64,000 nucleotides of DNA, taken from the NCBI RefSeq assembly GCF_009914755.1, contig NC_060928.1; one strand, written 5' to 3'. This stretch comes from the human T2T-CHM13v2.0 reference genome, Homo sapiens. Shown piece after piece: positions 53,363 to 64,000 of this stretch. Every line of letters starts with the position of its first letter. Positions within the stretch are counted from its first letter, which is position 1. Below the pieces are notes generated by a model, which made no database searches, had not been told where the DNA came from, and saw nothing but the letters and a program-made list of their open reading frames with translations. The position numbers and the translations under genes are program-made.

Positions 53363-54315
53363 GAAGGTGACAGAAGCCTGAAAACTGAGACAGAAACAAA
53401 ACTGCCCTTTCCCAGTGCGCGGGAAGCCCCGCGGTTAAAGATCCCCGCACCCTTTAATTTTTGCTCTGCGATGGTCGTTGTTTAGCAACGACTTGGCTTC
53501 AGATGGCAGCTACATTTGATGGTTTGCAAATGCCGCCGCTGTTCCAAACTTCCTACGGTCCATATTGTTTGATGAAAACTTTCTGTTAAAATTGTGTCCT
53601 TTCCGCCCACCTTCTGCTCCCCCTTTAGATAGATACGGTATAATTGTAGGTACCCGTATATGGCATCATTATTCTAGTTCCCTGCTGCCAATACGCTGCT
53701 AAAACGTCGCATCTTCTCTGTCACTGGTTTGGGTTTAATTTATTTTACGCCCTGGGCATCCATCCTTGTGTGTTGCGCACTCAAGTGTGGGAGATTTAGT
53801 CTTCCGAAGTTGTTTTCCAAAATGCACAATGAAACGCAAAATTAGTGCTTCCAAAGTGGATAACTTTTGACTATGGAATTGTTAGAAAACAAGAAACTTT
53901 AAGGTTTATATATTGTATAAACATACCCAGTATGTGCATCCGATCGCGAGAACGTTGGCGTCTTTTAGGAAACTCCGCGCACGCACTTTATCAGCCGCTG
54001 CTGCGGTGGTGGCTCCAGGAGAAACTCAACTGCCAATTGCAGACCAGTTTTTTTTTTTTTAAACACAGCCACTTATAATTCTTAAGCTCTTTGCAAATGT
54101 TTGTTTAAAAAATGAAAAATTAAAAAAAATCTAGTAGTGTCAAACGCATTTGGTCAATTTTATTTTGCTTTGTTAATATTAGAAAACTTATTTATTATTG
54201 TTTGCTACCATTTCTACTTATCTTGATTCATTTTTTACGTTTTCTACTCGAGATCATTTTATTTTAATTTAGCAAAGCCAACTGCCCTTGTTTAATGTAT
54301 TTTGTTTTGCAAATG

Positions 54316-54326
54316 ATTAAAATAAA
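54316..54326 (+). terminator. ATOH1 polyadenylation signal (overlapping ATTAAA/AATAAA)
   Basis: ATTAAAATAAA at the end of a U-rich 3' UTR ~960 nt after the stop codon, followed by a T/GT-rich tract (TTTTGTCAC). Confidence 0.75.
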
Positions 54327-55141
54327 TGTGAAAAGAAGCCTTTTGTCACTTATTCCTTGAGTATAACTACTGAAAACAATTTTCAAATGAATGACTTTGA
54401 AGAATTGAGTTAAGTCTTCTATTCAATGTCATTTATGCGATCTTACAGTTTTGAAGAAAAATGTTGTAAACTTGGTGCCTTCAGGTAGTATCAAAACCCC
54501 TTCAAAGAAAAGCACTCAAGTCAATAATTAAATTGTGAGATAAAACTTCTTCCAAATTTGCAGCACAGTTTTGCCTCTTTGATGGCCAGGATCTTCCCAG
54601 TCTTCTTTACTCCTTGCCCCAACAACATCTGCAAGGGGGGGAGGCCATAAGTTTTAGGTTTGCTAGAACCTAGCCTGGAGTAGTTAACTTTACCAGGGTT
54701 AGCTATGTCCACTCATAAAACCTACTCAAGCTGAAAATTTTTCACATAGGTCAAGCGCAGTGCACACTGTCTATGCCTCTCTCTCTCTCTCTTCTGGGAG
54801 AAGAAGACCAGAAGAGACAAAGATGATAACAGAAAAAAACTTGAGGGAAAAAAAGGAATGGGATTAATTGATTCAAAAATTAGAAGTGTGTAGTTGCCCT
54901 GGGAATTTGTTGACCTCCACTCATTTTTTTCTTTTCACACAATTCTGTTTCTCCCAATGTAGAAGCTAATGTCTGTCTTTATTTTGTCTTTCTAAATTAG
55001 CTTCTATGTAGAAAATATTCAACTACATTTCTGAGTCAATTGCATAAACTAAACGGTGCTGTCACTCTCACCTCAGGTGTTCTCACTAAGGAAAAACCTA
55101 TTCTGGGTCTCAGGATCATAGGTTTTGGAAAAGCTAATAGT

Positions 55142-55176
<35 letters not shown>

Positions 55177-55199
55177 AGACAGTGAGAGAGAGAGAGAGA
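55142..55199. repeat. (GT/GC)n plus (GA)n microsatellite between ATOH1 and its 3' enhancer
   Basis: ~35 bp of alternating purine-pyrimidine (Z-DNA-compatible). Confidence 0.9.
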
Positions 55200-56119
55200 A
55201 GAAAGTGGAATTAAAAAAATAAATTTGGCAAACACGAGAGTAGGACTACTTATTAAACTAAATATTCGGCAACGTTCCACTGGATAAACATCGTTGAATT
55301 TGAGACGCTGATTTTAAGCCAAGTCTTTTATCTTTTGAGGCCTCACTGGGATAACAAATTGCTGGGAAATGAAGCACCAAAAAGAGCAAGGGAAGGTTAG
55401 TATAATCACTCCTGCATCCTCTTCTCCTCCTAGCACCTTGAAAAGAGAAAAGCGCCAAAAAGAAAAGGAAAGCGCCACAAACTGGGTTTGCAGAAAGAGT
55501 AATGCACTAGGGAGCGCAGGTTCTGGTCTCCTTAAGTAAGAAACTGCAGAACCAGCTTTTTACTGACCACCTGGGTATCTGTGGCTTTCAGCGGAAGCCG
55601 ACCAAGAGATGCAGAGAACGTCCGCCAGCTCTCTGGGAGAAGCGAGCAGGCGGCTGGTGACACTTTCCAGGGCAGAAATAATGCACCTGTCCCTTAGATA
55701 ACCTTTTGCACCCATCGAGTTTGCCGTGCTCACGATAAACATCAGGAATCTTCGGGCTGCTGAATAAATCAAGCGATTGCTTCTAACACATTTCCATTTC
55801 GCTCTCAATAAGCAGACCCAACAGGTATGGACATACAGCAACCTTGCGGGATGAGAGCACGCATATTTTTATAGTTATTTGCTTAGTGTGTTCGCATGCA
55901 TGTGACAAGGACCTAGACTCATTTTACCTGTTCTGAATCTGGCTCAGAAAAGGACAGGAGGAAGGAAAAGGTGATTTCTTTTTTCCTCAAAGAAAATCTA
56001 TGTTTCATTTTTCAAAACCATTTCTGTTCATTTTGTGTCAATCAAAGAGGAGAAAGACCTTGTCCAACGTTAATATTTTTCATTGTCTCATAGAAATTGC
56101 AAAACAGAAAGGACATCAG

Positions 56120-56250
56120 GAACATCTTCCTTCACATCTTTCATAAATGAGGAAACTGCTGTCCCTAATTTGCCCCCAAAATCACACAGCTAGAAAGTGT
56201 CAATATCCAGAACTGATCTTAGTACTCCTGGCCGCTAGGTCAATGTTCTC
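56120..56250 (-). mobile_element. MIR fragment
   Basis: AATGAGGAAACTG...TAATTTGCCC..AATCACACAGCTAG. Confidence 0.65.
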
Positions 56251-56699
56251 ATAATTTTTCTCTGAGGAAATCAATAGATAAGAGCTACAGCTATCTAAAT
56301 GTTGGTGGGGAGGTGTTGTACCACCACAGTAGGTGGATATTTATACTTTTAAATATTAGTGGCATTACATAGGAATTGAAAATAACACCAGCTTCATTTA
56401 AGGACATTCTTTACATTTCTCCTCAAGAGAAAAACAACCATAACGGAATATCCGAAATACTATACTGATATAGTCTTTATAACAATATAGAACTGGAAAT
56501 ATTATAACACAGTTGATTGAAAAGGGGGGATACATTTTACTAACCCATTAAGACATGCGAGAAAAGTCAAATCACTGTGGTAAATTGAGTGATCAAAGTT
56601 CAAATGAGAGCTTTAACCCCTTTTCTCTCCATTCTATTTCTTTCTTTCTTTTTTTATTGCTGGCATTTCTTTGAAAGAGATGTACAATCACATTTCCAT

Positions 56700-57280
56700 T
56701 TTAAGGTTCTTCTATGGAGTTTGCATAACAAACGTTTGGCAGCTCGCTCTCTTACACTCCATTAACAAGCTGTAACATATAGCTGCAGGTTGCTATAATC
56801 TCATTAATATTTTGGAAACTTGAATATTGAGTATTTCTGAGTGCTCATTCCCCATATGCCAGACCACTTCTGCCATGCTGACTGGTTCCTTTCTCTCCAT
56901 TATTAGCAATTAGCTTCTACCTTCCAAAGTCAGATCCAAGTATCCAAGATACTAGCAAAGGAATCAACTATGTGTGCAAGTTAAGCATGCTTAATATCAC
57001 CCAAACAAACAAAGAGGCAGCATTTCTTAAAGTAATGAAGATAGATAAATCGGGTTAGTCCTTTGCGACACTGCTGGTGCTTTCTAGAGTTTTATATATT
57101 TTAAGCAGCTTGCTTTATATTCTGTCTTTGCCTCCCACCCCACCAGCACTTTTATTTGTGGAGGGTTTTGGCTCGCCACACTTTGGGAAACTTATTTGAT
57201 TTCACGGAGAGCTGAAGGAAGATCATTTTTGGCAACAGACAAGTTTAAACACGATTTCTATGGGACATTGCTAACTGGGG
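56700..57280. promoter_or_regulatory. ATOH1 3' enhancer, element A
   Basis: Non-repetitive block ~3.4 kb downstream of the CDS, the position of the known Atoh1/Math1 enhancer A; SOX/TCF-type AACAAAG at 57008-57014 and TTTGCATAACAAA at 56720. Confidence 0.8.
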
Positions 57281-57809
57281 GTCCAACTTGACCAGAAAAA
57301 AAGGGGGAGGTTAATTTCCTTAATCTTAACCAATGAATGACCAATATTTTCATAAGGCCTTCCTATTGATTTTAGAGTGTTGAACCAAGTAAGCAGAGTG
57401 TTTGAACCAAGTAAGAGGTCTTTTACCAAAAGATAGCTTGTAATATTTCTCTCCTTTGCCCATTTGAAAGTTCAAGAAAAATATTATCAAATTCGTCTTG
57501 CCAGTTACAAACTCGAATTAGAATTGGAAAGTAAAAGTAGCAGATGCACTTATCAATTATAATCTAGACTTGTCAGTTGCAATCTAGAAAAACCAGCAAG
57601 AGCTGCTCAGCGTTACAGATAACCAATCGTAGTTGAATTGCTTGCAGTTATTTTTGTGAAAAGGGTTAGGAGATGGAGGGAGAAGGATATAATAAAGGCA
57701 TAAGTTTTTCTCGATGTTATTGACTCTACATTCGCTAACCGCCCTCGCCCCTAGGCCAAGAAGAGTCCCAGACGCCGACAACTAAGGTTCCTCCCTTTCT
57801 CCTACTAGG

Positions 57810-58200
57810 CCCCTAAGGAGAAAGGGGAAACTGAGCGGAGAATGGGTTAAATCCTTGGAAGCAGGGGAGAGGCAGGGGAGGAGAGAAGTCGGAGGAGTAT
57901 AAAGAAAAGGACAGGAACCAAGAAGCGTGGGGGTGGTTTGCCGTAATGTGAGTGTTTCTTAATTAGAGAACGGTTGACAATAGAGGGTCTGGCAGAGGCT
58001 CCTGGCCGCGGTGCGGAGCGTCTGGAGCGGAGCACGCGCTGTCAGCTGGTGAGCGCACTCTCCTTTCAGGCAGCTCCCCGGGGAGCTGTGCGGCCACATT
58101 TAACACCATCATCACCCCTCCCCGGCCTCCTCAACCTCGGCCTCCTCCTCGTCGACAGCCTTCCTTGGCCCCCCACCAGCAGAGCTCACAGTAGCGAGCG
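57810..58200. promoter_or_regulatory. ATOH1 3' enhancer, element B (autoregulatory)
   Basis: E-box CAGCTG 58043-58048 next to C-site CACGCG 58033-58038, plus the palindromic GCTCCCCGGGGAGCT (Zic1-type site) within 58071-58088; matches the established enhancer B architecture. Confidence 0.88.
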
Positions 58201-58535
58201 TCTCTCGCCGTCTCCCGCACTCGGCCGGGGCCCCTCTCCTCCCCCAGCTGCGCAGCGGGAGCCGCCACTGCCCACTGCACCTCCCAGCAACCAGCCCAGC
58301 ACGCAAAGAAGCTGCGCAAAGTTAAAGCCAAGCAATGCCAAGGGGAGGGGAAGCTGGAGGCGGCAGAGGCGGCGGCGGGAGAGCTGTGGGGTTGTTCAGG
58401 AAAAGTTGGGCTGGGGGCTGAGGCACCTGAAGCAGTGAACCAGGACTAGGTAGGAAGCAAGAGCATCCTCCTGCGCAAGCGGAGACGCAAACGCGCTCCT
58501 GAACCCATGCAACCGCCCGGCCCAGCGCCGATATT
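57990..58535. promoter_or_regulatory. CpG island over and downstream of enhancer B
   Basis: GC-rich, CpG-dense block. Confidence 0.75.
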
Positions 58536-60393
58536 TGAAGATCTACTTCTCTTTTCTAGCCAGAGATGCATTTCTTCACTCACTCTGTTATTCTAAAGAC
58601 TTTTTTTTTAATGTTAGTAAAATTCTCAGAGTTTAAAGGAGAAGCCAACATATGGGCATTGTCTTCCACGTGTCGTTCCACGGGCGGGTGCCTGACTCTT
58701 CTTTCCTTGGCTCCTTAAGAAAAGTTAAGCATTTCAATACAAAGATTGTAGGCCTTTCTCTTCTCAGGATGCCCCTCCCTTTTCAGCTCTGCTTTCTCTG
58801 GTCCCAGACAAACAAATTAGGCTTTTGCTGCCTAATCTACAAGTAGGCCAGGCCCATTCTGCAAGTTCATACTTTTCCCCAGTGAAACCAGAAGGCTCCT
58901 CCACAGAGCTGAAAAACAAAGTGCTCTTCAATATAAGTATTTTTCACTATTGTTTTCAACTATTCTGATTAGTGAGTTAAGAGACATGATAAAGAAAACG
59001 CTGTTTGGATGTCCAGCAGGTTCACCACAGCTGCAAGGCCTAGATACTGTTAGGTTGATGAAGAAGGTGTGAGCTAGGATTTGGGGTCTTGGGATTTCTC
59101 AAGCCAAGAGATGTCGTTACTCTTTTGGACCACTGGACATTTGTTTGTCATTTCTAGATACAGTTCTCCACAATTCCTCCCACCTTCCTGTCTCTACAAA
59201 CTCTTAAAGATGGGGTGCTGGTAAGGGAGGGGCTAGGATTGGAAGGGATCTTCAATGATCTGGGGCAGGGGTGAAGTAGCATTTGAGGGAGGAGTAGGCA
59301 TCATTCTTTGTACCTTAGGGGGCCACAAAACTAGGAGAGATCTGAAATCACTGGGCCACAAGTTGACCAGGAAGATGGGAGGCCAGTTCTTTTTGTTTTC
59401 AATAATGCATCTGCTTCTGGAAACAACCTAGCAGAAATGCACAGGATTATTTATTTTCTTTAAGTTTTCTTCCAACCCAAGGGATGTTGATTCAGTCAAT
59501 GAAAAATCCCAGGAATTTGCATACAGGGTTTCCAGGCGATCAGATACTAGTAGAGCAGAGGATCCCTGAGACACTAATGTAAGGGAGTTTCTATCAGACA
59601 CCTTCTTGAGATTGTCTATGAAAATGGAAACTAGCTAATAATTCCCCCCTACCTCCTTATACAGTATTGGTTTTTTTTGTTTTGTTTTGCTTCTGAAAAA
59701 AGAGAAGCAGGCAACGTAGCTTCTTGGATCCCATGACTTGACTTTGTTGTTTTCAGGCTATTTGGCCTGGGACAATGTGATCCAGCCCTAAGATGTCTCA
59801 ATTTCAAACGTGATACCAGCTGCCTTTGGAGGCATAAGGGCATCATTCCAGGAGGTACAACACATTCACCCTCTGACTGTCCAACATAAGTGACTCAGTG
59901 GGAGAAGCCAAAATGATAACCAGTGAGTGTTTATGAAAAGCAAGGAGCAAGACCAACAAACTCTGAAAGAAATAGAAAGATGGGCGAAGATTGTCAGAAA
60001 GCCTTTGGTTTAAGGGAGGTGGACCAAGTCACATCACTCTGTAATAACTCTAGCCTGAATTTAGAGGGTCATCAAATTTGATGGAAACATTAGCCACCTA
60101 TCAATTGACTGAAGAAATAGCTATTCTGCTGTGCTGGTAATGGCAATCTGAGAATACAGAGAAAACCATTTTCATGATGTAGAAAGGCAATGAGCCCAGG
60201 AAACAGTGTAACTTCCTTTGGTGACTAATTCTTTCATTTCTTTCAAACTCTTCCTCACTGTCTCATATAACCCACATCCCTCTTGTTTTCATCAATGAAT
60301 GGGCACTTACTGAGCACCAATCTATATCAGGGGAGTTAACCACCCTAGGAGATGCCAAAGAATAAAATAGAGCTCCCTCTCCTAAAGGACTTA

Positions 60394-60744
<351 letters not shown>

Positions 60745-62185
60745 TCAGAACAAACATAGAAAAAAAGCTTCATCTCCTAGATGAGGGTAGCATTATCACT
60801 ACAAATGAGCCACAGCATTGTCGCCTTATGTTTGCCATCACATTATTTCAATCATAGTTCCAGGTGTATCTGTGCATAACCCTCTTTGTTACCCTCAAAA
60901 ATAGTAGAGATTTTGAATGACCTGAAACCATACACCTAATCTTTAAGTTAACCACTTTTGACCTCAGAGAATACCTTTATTTGTTTTTTATGAGGTTGTT
61001 GGGATGTAATCATAATTTCATACCAGAAAAAAAAAAAGAGGTTCTGAGAGAGATTTGAGTATCTTGCAGAAGGTAACGTAGTCTCAGTAGATTCATGGCC
61101 ACAGAAACTCAGGTCTTTTCTCAGCCTAGGGTCAGTGTTTTTTTCACCACATTTCACCTGTCTTGGGTTCATATTTTGAACCAGCCACCTTATACTTGCT
61201 TCTCCAGTTCTTGTCAAATATGGAAGTGGTAGAGATCTCTGAACTCTTCTGTTTTACATTTGCTCCAGAGGGAGATAAGATAGTTCTTTGGAGATGGTTA
61301 TGGAGCAGGCTCCATTTCCACATGATAGATTTAACAGACATACTGGATAGAATAATTTTCATTTAGAATGCCAGCTTTGCTCCTCTGATGTGATTGATAC
61401 TGGACATTATTGCCGTTTATTCCATATTGACATTCATTTCCACTTTTATCTAGAAAAACCCATCCCAATTCTAAACACAAAATAGGAAATGAGGCTAAAG
61501 AGTGTTATATGAAAATGTGTCCTGAAGAGTAATGGCCTGAAAGCAGGTATTTCCCAAAATTATTGCCTCATGTATGCTTGCAAAAAATGGCAGGGAAAAT
61601 AATTCTTATTGAAAGGAGAAGTAAATGTACCTGGTACTTTGTAGCTGCGGATTCATTCAGTGACAACACACATGTTTTATTCACCTGGTCATTGGAGCTG
61701 TTGGCTTTTTCCCCTAAAGCTTCCTACAAGGAAATACCACTGTTCTGAGTGGTTCAATGTCTAAAAAATATTTCTTTGTTTTGAAAAATTCTGATATTTA
61801 CCTGTCATGAGTCAGTACTCCATTTTATAATGCCTCCAGATTCATTGGTTTAAGGCAATTTCTTTTGTATGACTTGTAACTTAGAAGTATTCAACCCCCC
61901 AAGGAGTGAAGCAGGGAGTAGAGAGGACTTAAAAAGCAGAATATATTCCTATTCAAAAAAGCAAAGTTCTCAAGCAGCCACAAAGGTCACATCTTTGGAT
62001 CAAGGGATAAACTTTGTACTTGCAGTGCTATCTAGAAATTTTCCCGCAGGTTATTTAGCCCCTGTTGCTCCCTCTCCCGACCAGCACACCAGGACAGCTC
62101 CTAGGGATTTAGGTCAGAGCACTGTTTACCACAACCTAAACTCATATTGCTTGTTTGTGGGGTGGGGAGGGGGGGTGCAAGGGGG

Positions 62186-62465
62186 GATGGCGTCTTGCTC
62201 TGTCACCCATGCTGGAGTGCAGTGGCATGATCTCACTGCAACCTCCACCTCCTGGGTTCAAGCGATTCTCTTGCCTCAGCCTCCCAAGTAGCTGGAGTAG
62301 CTGGGACTACAGGTGCCCGCCATCACATCCGGCTAGTTTTTGTATTTTTAGTAGAGACAGGGTTTCACCATGTTGGCCATGCTGGTCTCAGACTCCTGAC
62401 CTTGTGATCCACCTTGGCCTCCCAAAGTGCTAGGATTACAGGCGTGAACCACCATGACCTGCCCA
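62186..62465 (-). mobile_element. AluS without a poly-T tail, abutting a G-rich tract
   Basis: GATGGCGTCTTGCTCTGTCACCC...CTCCCAAAGTGCTAGGATTACAGG; small internal duplication GTAGCTGGAGTAGCTGG. Confidence 0.9.
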
Positions 62466-64000
62466 GATTACTTCTTAACATGTCCTGCCTTGTGGTACCG
62501 GATAACTCACCTGGCTGAACATTCCCCACTATTTTGGGACATCTACATGGCTCCTGATTCTAGAAAAGGAGTGTGAAGCTATCATGTAGACCTTTCCTGC
62601 TTTGTCTGAGAATGATCCCAGATGTGTTCACTGTAGGCAAGAAGGCTACTTTCCCAACATTTTGTTCAACATCTCTTCTTTCTCCTCCACCTTCTCCATT
62701 CTGCTACAGAGAGGTGAAGATTTACCCAGACCAAGGGGATTGGCTTGGGTTTAATGTTTTCTCATAGGTGCTGCACCCTACATAAGCCAGTTGGCCCAAG
62801 GACTAGAGAGATGGGGACAAGGAGGCTTGGTTATTCAGCCAAAAACTATATTAATGAGGGAGGCTCAGTCTTCTCCGGGCCTGTGGAAGGTGAGGAGTAA
62901 TTTGGTAAGGTCCATTTGGGAGACCCTCCAAAGCACTTTTCCAGGTACCAGGCATTTTGTATGAAGGTCCTTCTTGAGGGAGCCTCCTCATCCTCACTCT
63001 ACTGAGAAATAAAGAAAATAATTCATCTTGTGGGCTAACGGTTGTCCTCAGAACTCTTTCACCTCTGAGATCACCTCCTTCTGGGTTCCTCCCCAACACT
63101 TCAAGGTCTGGCGAAGATTCTTTTTTCTCCTGGAACCCCATACAAAGTTTTCTCACATTCCACTGGAATTTCAGATTTGTTTTTAAGCGCCAGCCCCTTG
63201 AAGGCAGGAACCTGTGTCTAATTTGAGTTTGCCACTGGCCCAGTGACAGGCAGATAGTGCCCATGGAAGAGATAAGTGAGATTCAAGGTCACTTAGGCCT
63301 GTATGTGTTCTGCCCGGCCACAGAATTCCTTGTCTTGCTTTCTCTTTAGATCAGACGCTTTAAACTGATTACAGTCAACATTGGGACTTCTTTCTGTCCT
63401 GAAAACTACAAAGCCTTTCCAACACGGTTTCCCCTCCCTTCTTTAACTTTTTGCCTAATCTCTGAAACCCCTAGATAGAGTGAAATACTCTGTCCACTGT
63501 GCTCCAGTGGTCCTTCTAACAACTGACACTTTTTTAAAAGTGCATTTCTGGAGTCAGGGCAAGGTCTTATCCACCGTTGCATCCGGATTATCAGAAACCC
63601 CAATATGCCTTTCCAGGATTTAGTTGGACAGGCTGATGCCCTCAGGCCAGTCTTGGGAAGTTGCTTTCTTCTCTGGCCCCGTGCTGTGTTACAGTGCACT
63701 GCTTGCACTGCCGTGGCTGAGTGTGACTCAAGAGGTTACCCTACATGATCCCCAGAAGGCAGAAGCACAATTCTAGCATCTCTTCCCCTTGCACTTTCTC
63801 ACTACCTGTGTCGCCTGGCTGCATTTTCTACCACATTATTCCTTTCTACCACCATCTTTCCTTCCCTTTCATGAGCTCTCACATGCTTTTCACTCATTCT
63901 TTTCTAGCAATTTCCACTTCCCTATCATTTCCCCCCAGTCCTTCTGACATCTCTTGGTCCAATTGCCACCTTTTCTTCCCCCATTCCCTTGACCTTTATT

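Larger units (their letters stand above)
51650..54010. promoter_or_regulatory. CpG island over the ATOH1 promoter, CDS and proximal 3' UTR
   Basis: High GC and dense CpG against the AT-rich, CpG-depleted flanks; boundaries by eye. Confidence 0.85.

Noticed and set aside
51530-53450. Long antisense and alternative-frame ORFs (249, 176, 148, 118 aa) over ATOH1
   Set aside because: Expected by-product of a GC-rich CpG island and coding sequence; no recognisable domains
53942-53951. BANP-like TCGCGAGA motif in the ATOH1 3' UTR
   Set aside because: Imperfect match and outside a promoter context; plausible by chance in a CpG island
57974-58438. 154-aa Pro/Ser-rich ORF over enhancer B
   Set aside because: TTG start, low-complexity GC-driven composition, overlaps known regulatory motifs

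Overview
Human genomic DNA (a human-specific AluYa5 is present) carrying the single-exon proneural bHLH gene ATOH1 (+ strand, CDS 52298-53362, 354 aa). The gene sits in a CpG island with its promoter (CCAAT boxes, TATA-like element, four CACGCG C-sites), 3' UTR/polyA signal and the known bipartite 3' enhancer (A ~56.7-57.3 kb, B ~57.8-58.2 kb). The ~50 kb upstream is intergenic (by known synteny the GRID2-ATOH1 interval) and rich in Alu, MIR, L2, L1, MaLR/ERVL LTRs and DNA-transposon MITEs. Features the ORF track does not show: (1) a decayed chromodomain-bearing Ty3/Gypsy (sushi-like) pol fossil at ~29.6-32.1 kb, split by L2 and MIR insertions and containing a strong candidate splice acceptor; (2) an old NUMT (CYTB end, tRNA-Thr, tRNA-Pro) inside an ERVL RT region at 40.7 kb; (3) a 5S rRNA fragment; (4) a perfect 27-bp inverted repeat; (5) a candidate upstream enhancer with E-box/SIX/SOX/POU4 motifs at ~15.2 kb. 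I cannot demonstrate a new functional system from sequence alone. Repeat family names and boundaries are by eye and approximate.
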